A stretch of DNA of 64,000 nt from Stegostoma tigrinum (lineage: Eukaryota), in assembly GCF_030684315.1 (NCBI RefSeq), contig NC_081380.1, positions 10,089,575 through 10,153,574 on the forward strand, read 5' to 3'. Both the position numbers and the translations under genes were made by a program. This document shows, in pieces, positions 62,948 through 64,000 of this stretch; position 1 is the first letter of the stretch; the number at the start of each line of letters is the position of its first letter. The notes under the pieces were generated by a model. That model worked only from the letters and a program-made list of their open reading frames with translations, searched no databases and was not told where the DNA came from.

Positions 62948-64000
62948 GTCCTCACACTCAACAACTTCTCTTTTGACTCCTCCCACTTCCTACAGACTAA
63001 GGGGGTGGCCATGGGCACCCGCATGGGCCCCAGCTATGCCTGCCTCTTTGTAGGTTACATGGAACAGTCCCTCTTCCGCACCTACACAGGCCCCAAACCC
63101 CACCTCTTCCTCCGGTACATTGATGACTGTATCGGCGCCGCCTCTTGCTCCCCAGAGGAGCTCGAACAGTTCATCCACTTCACCAACACCTTCCACCCCA
63201 ACCTTCAGTTCACCTGGGCCATCTCCAGCACATCCCTCACCTTCCTGGACCTCTCAGTCTCCATCTCAGGCAACCAGCTTGTAACTGATGTCCACTTCAA
63301 GCCCACCGACTCCCACAGCTACCTAGAATACACCTCCTCCCACCCACCCTCCTGCAAAAATTCCATCCCCTATTCCCAATTCCTCCGCCTCCGCCGCATC
63401 TGCTCCCACGACAAGACATTCCACTCCCGCACATCCCAGATGTCCAAGTTCTTTAAGGACCGCAACTTTCCCCCCACGGTGATCGAGAACGCCCTTGACC
63501 GCGTCTCCCGCATTTCCCGCGACACATCCCTCACACCCCGCCCCCGCCACAACCGCCCCAAGAGGATCCCCCTCGTTCTCACACATCACCCTACCAACCT
63601 CCGGATACAACGCATTATCCTCCGACACTTCCGCCATTTACAATCCGACCCCACCACCCAAGACATTTTTCCAACCCCTCCCCTGTCTGCTTTCCGGAGA
63701 GACCACTCTCTCCGCGACTCCCTTGTTCGCTCCACACTGCCCTCCAAACCCACCACACCCGGCACCTTCCCCTGCAACCGCAGGAAATGCTACACTTGTC
63801 CCCACACCTCCTCCCTCACCCCCATCCCAGGCCTCAAGATGACATTCCACATCAAGCAGAGGTTCACCTGCACATCTGCCAATGTGGTATACTGCATCCA
63901 CTGTACCCGGTGCAGCTTCCTCTACATTGGGGAAACCAAGCGGAGGCTTGGGGACCGCTTTGCAGAACACCTCCGCTCAGTTCGCAAAAAACAACTGCAC
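62948..64000 (+). mobile_element. Young Neptune-like Penelope element, 5'-truncated; open RT-linker-GIY-YIG frame running off the window
   Basis: Manual translation from 62951 gives LTLNNFSF...QTKGVAMGTRMGPSYACLF...RYIDDC...FLDL...HFKPTDSHSYL...CNRRKCYTC...VVYCIHCTRCSFLYIGETKRRLGDRFAEH, 350 codons with no stop seen. It is absent from the ORF track because it has no stop in the window. Confidence 0.95.

Noticed and set aside
57684-64000. The two large divergent Neptune copies as one inverted element
   Set aside because: They are 3.7 kb apart with unrelated sequence between and differ clearly in decay, so they are separate insertions.
1-64000. CRISPR array, operon or prokaryotic defence-type RT system
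   Set aside because: No regularly spaced repeat-spacer array or gene-dense structure; all RT and nuclease motifs belong to CR1/L2, RTE or Penelope retroelements.

Overview
This is eukaryotic vertebrate DNA, most likely an elasmobranch (shark), inferred from its repeat content: HE1-like V-SINEs, abundant CR1 LINEs, Deu-domain SINEs and Penelope-like elements (PLEs). One host coding exon is clear: the first CAP-Gly exon of CLIP2 on the minus strand (12479-11932, AG/GT boundaries, phase 1 to phase 0). The rest appears to be intronic or upstream sequence filled with retroelement remnants, plus a tRNA-Cys(GCA) pseudogene. I found no prokaryotic-type system, CRISPR array or novel multi-gene locus. 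Four observations stand out. (1) Many short PLE insertions, most with target-site duplications (TSDs), carry minimal hammerhead-ribozyme motifs, and their 5' truncation or fold-back points fall repeatedly inside the ribozyme; one forms a perfect 185-bp palindrome. (2) Three short segments were apparently copied from DNA 0.4-2.5 kb away. (3) A candidate non-canonical first coding exon for CLIP2 lies at 21901-21699. (4) The tRNA-Cys pseudogene retains its Pol III boxes and sits directly upstream of a V-SINE. Repeat family names come from recognising motifs, not from a database search, and boundaries of old repeats are approximate.
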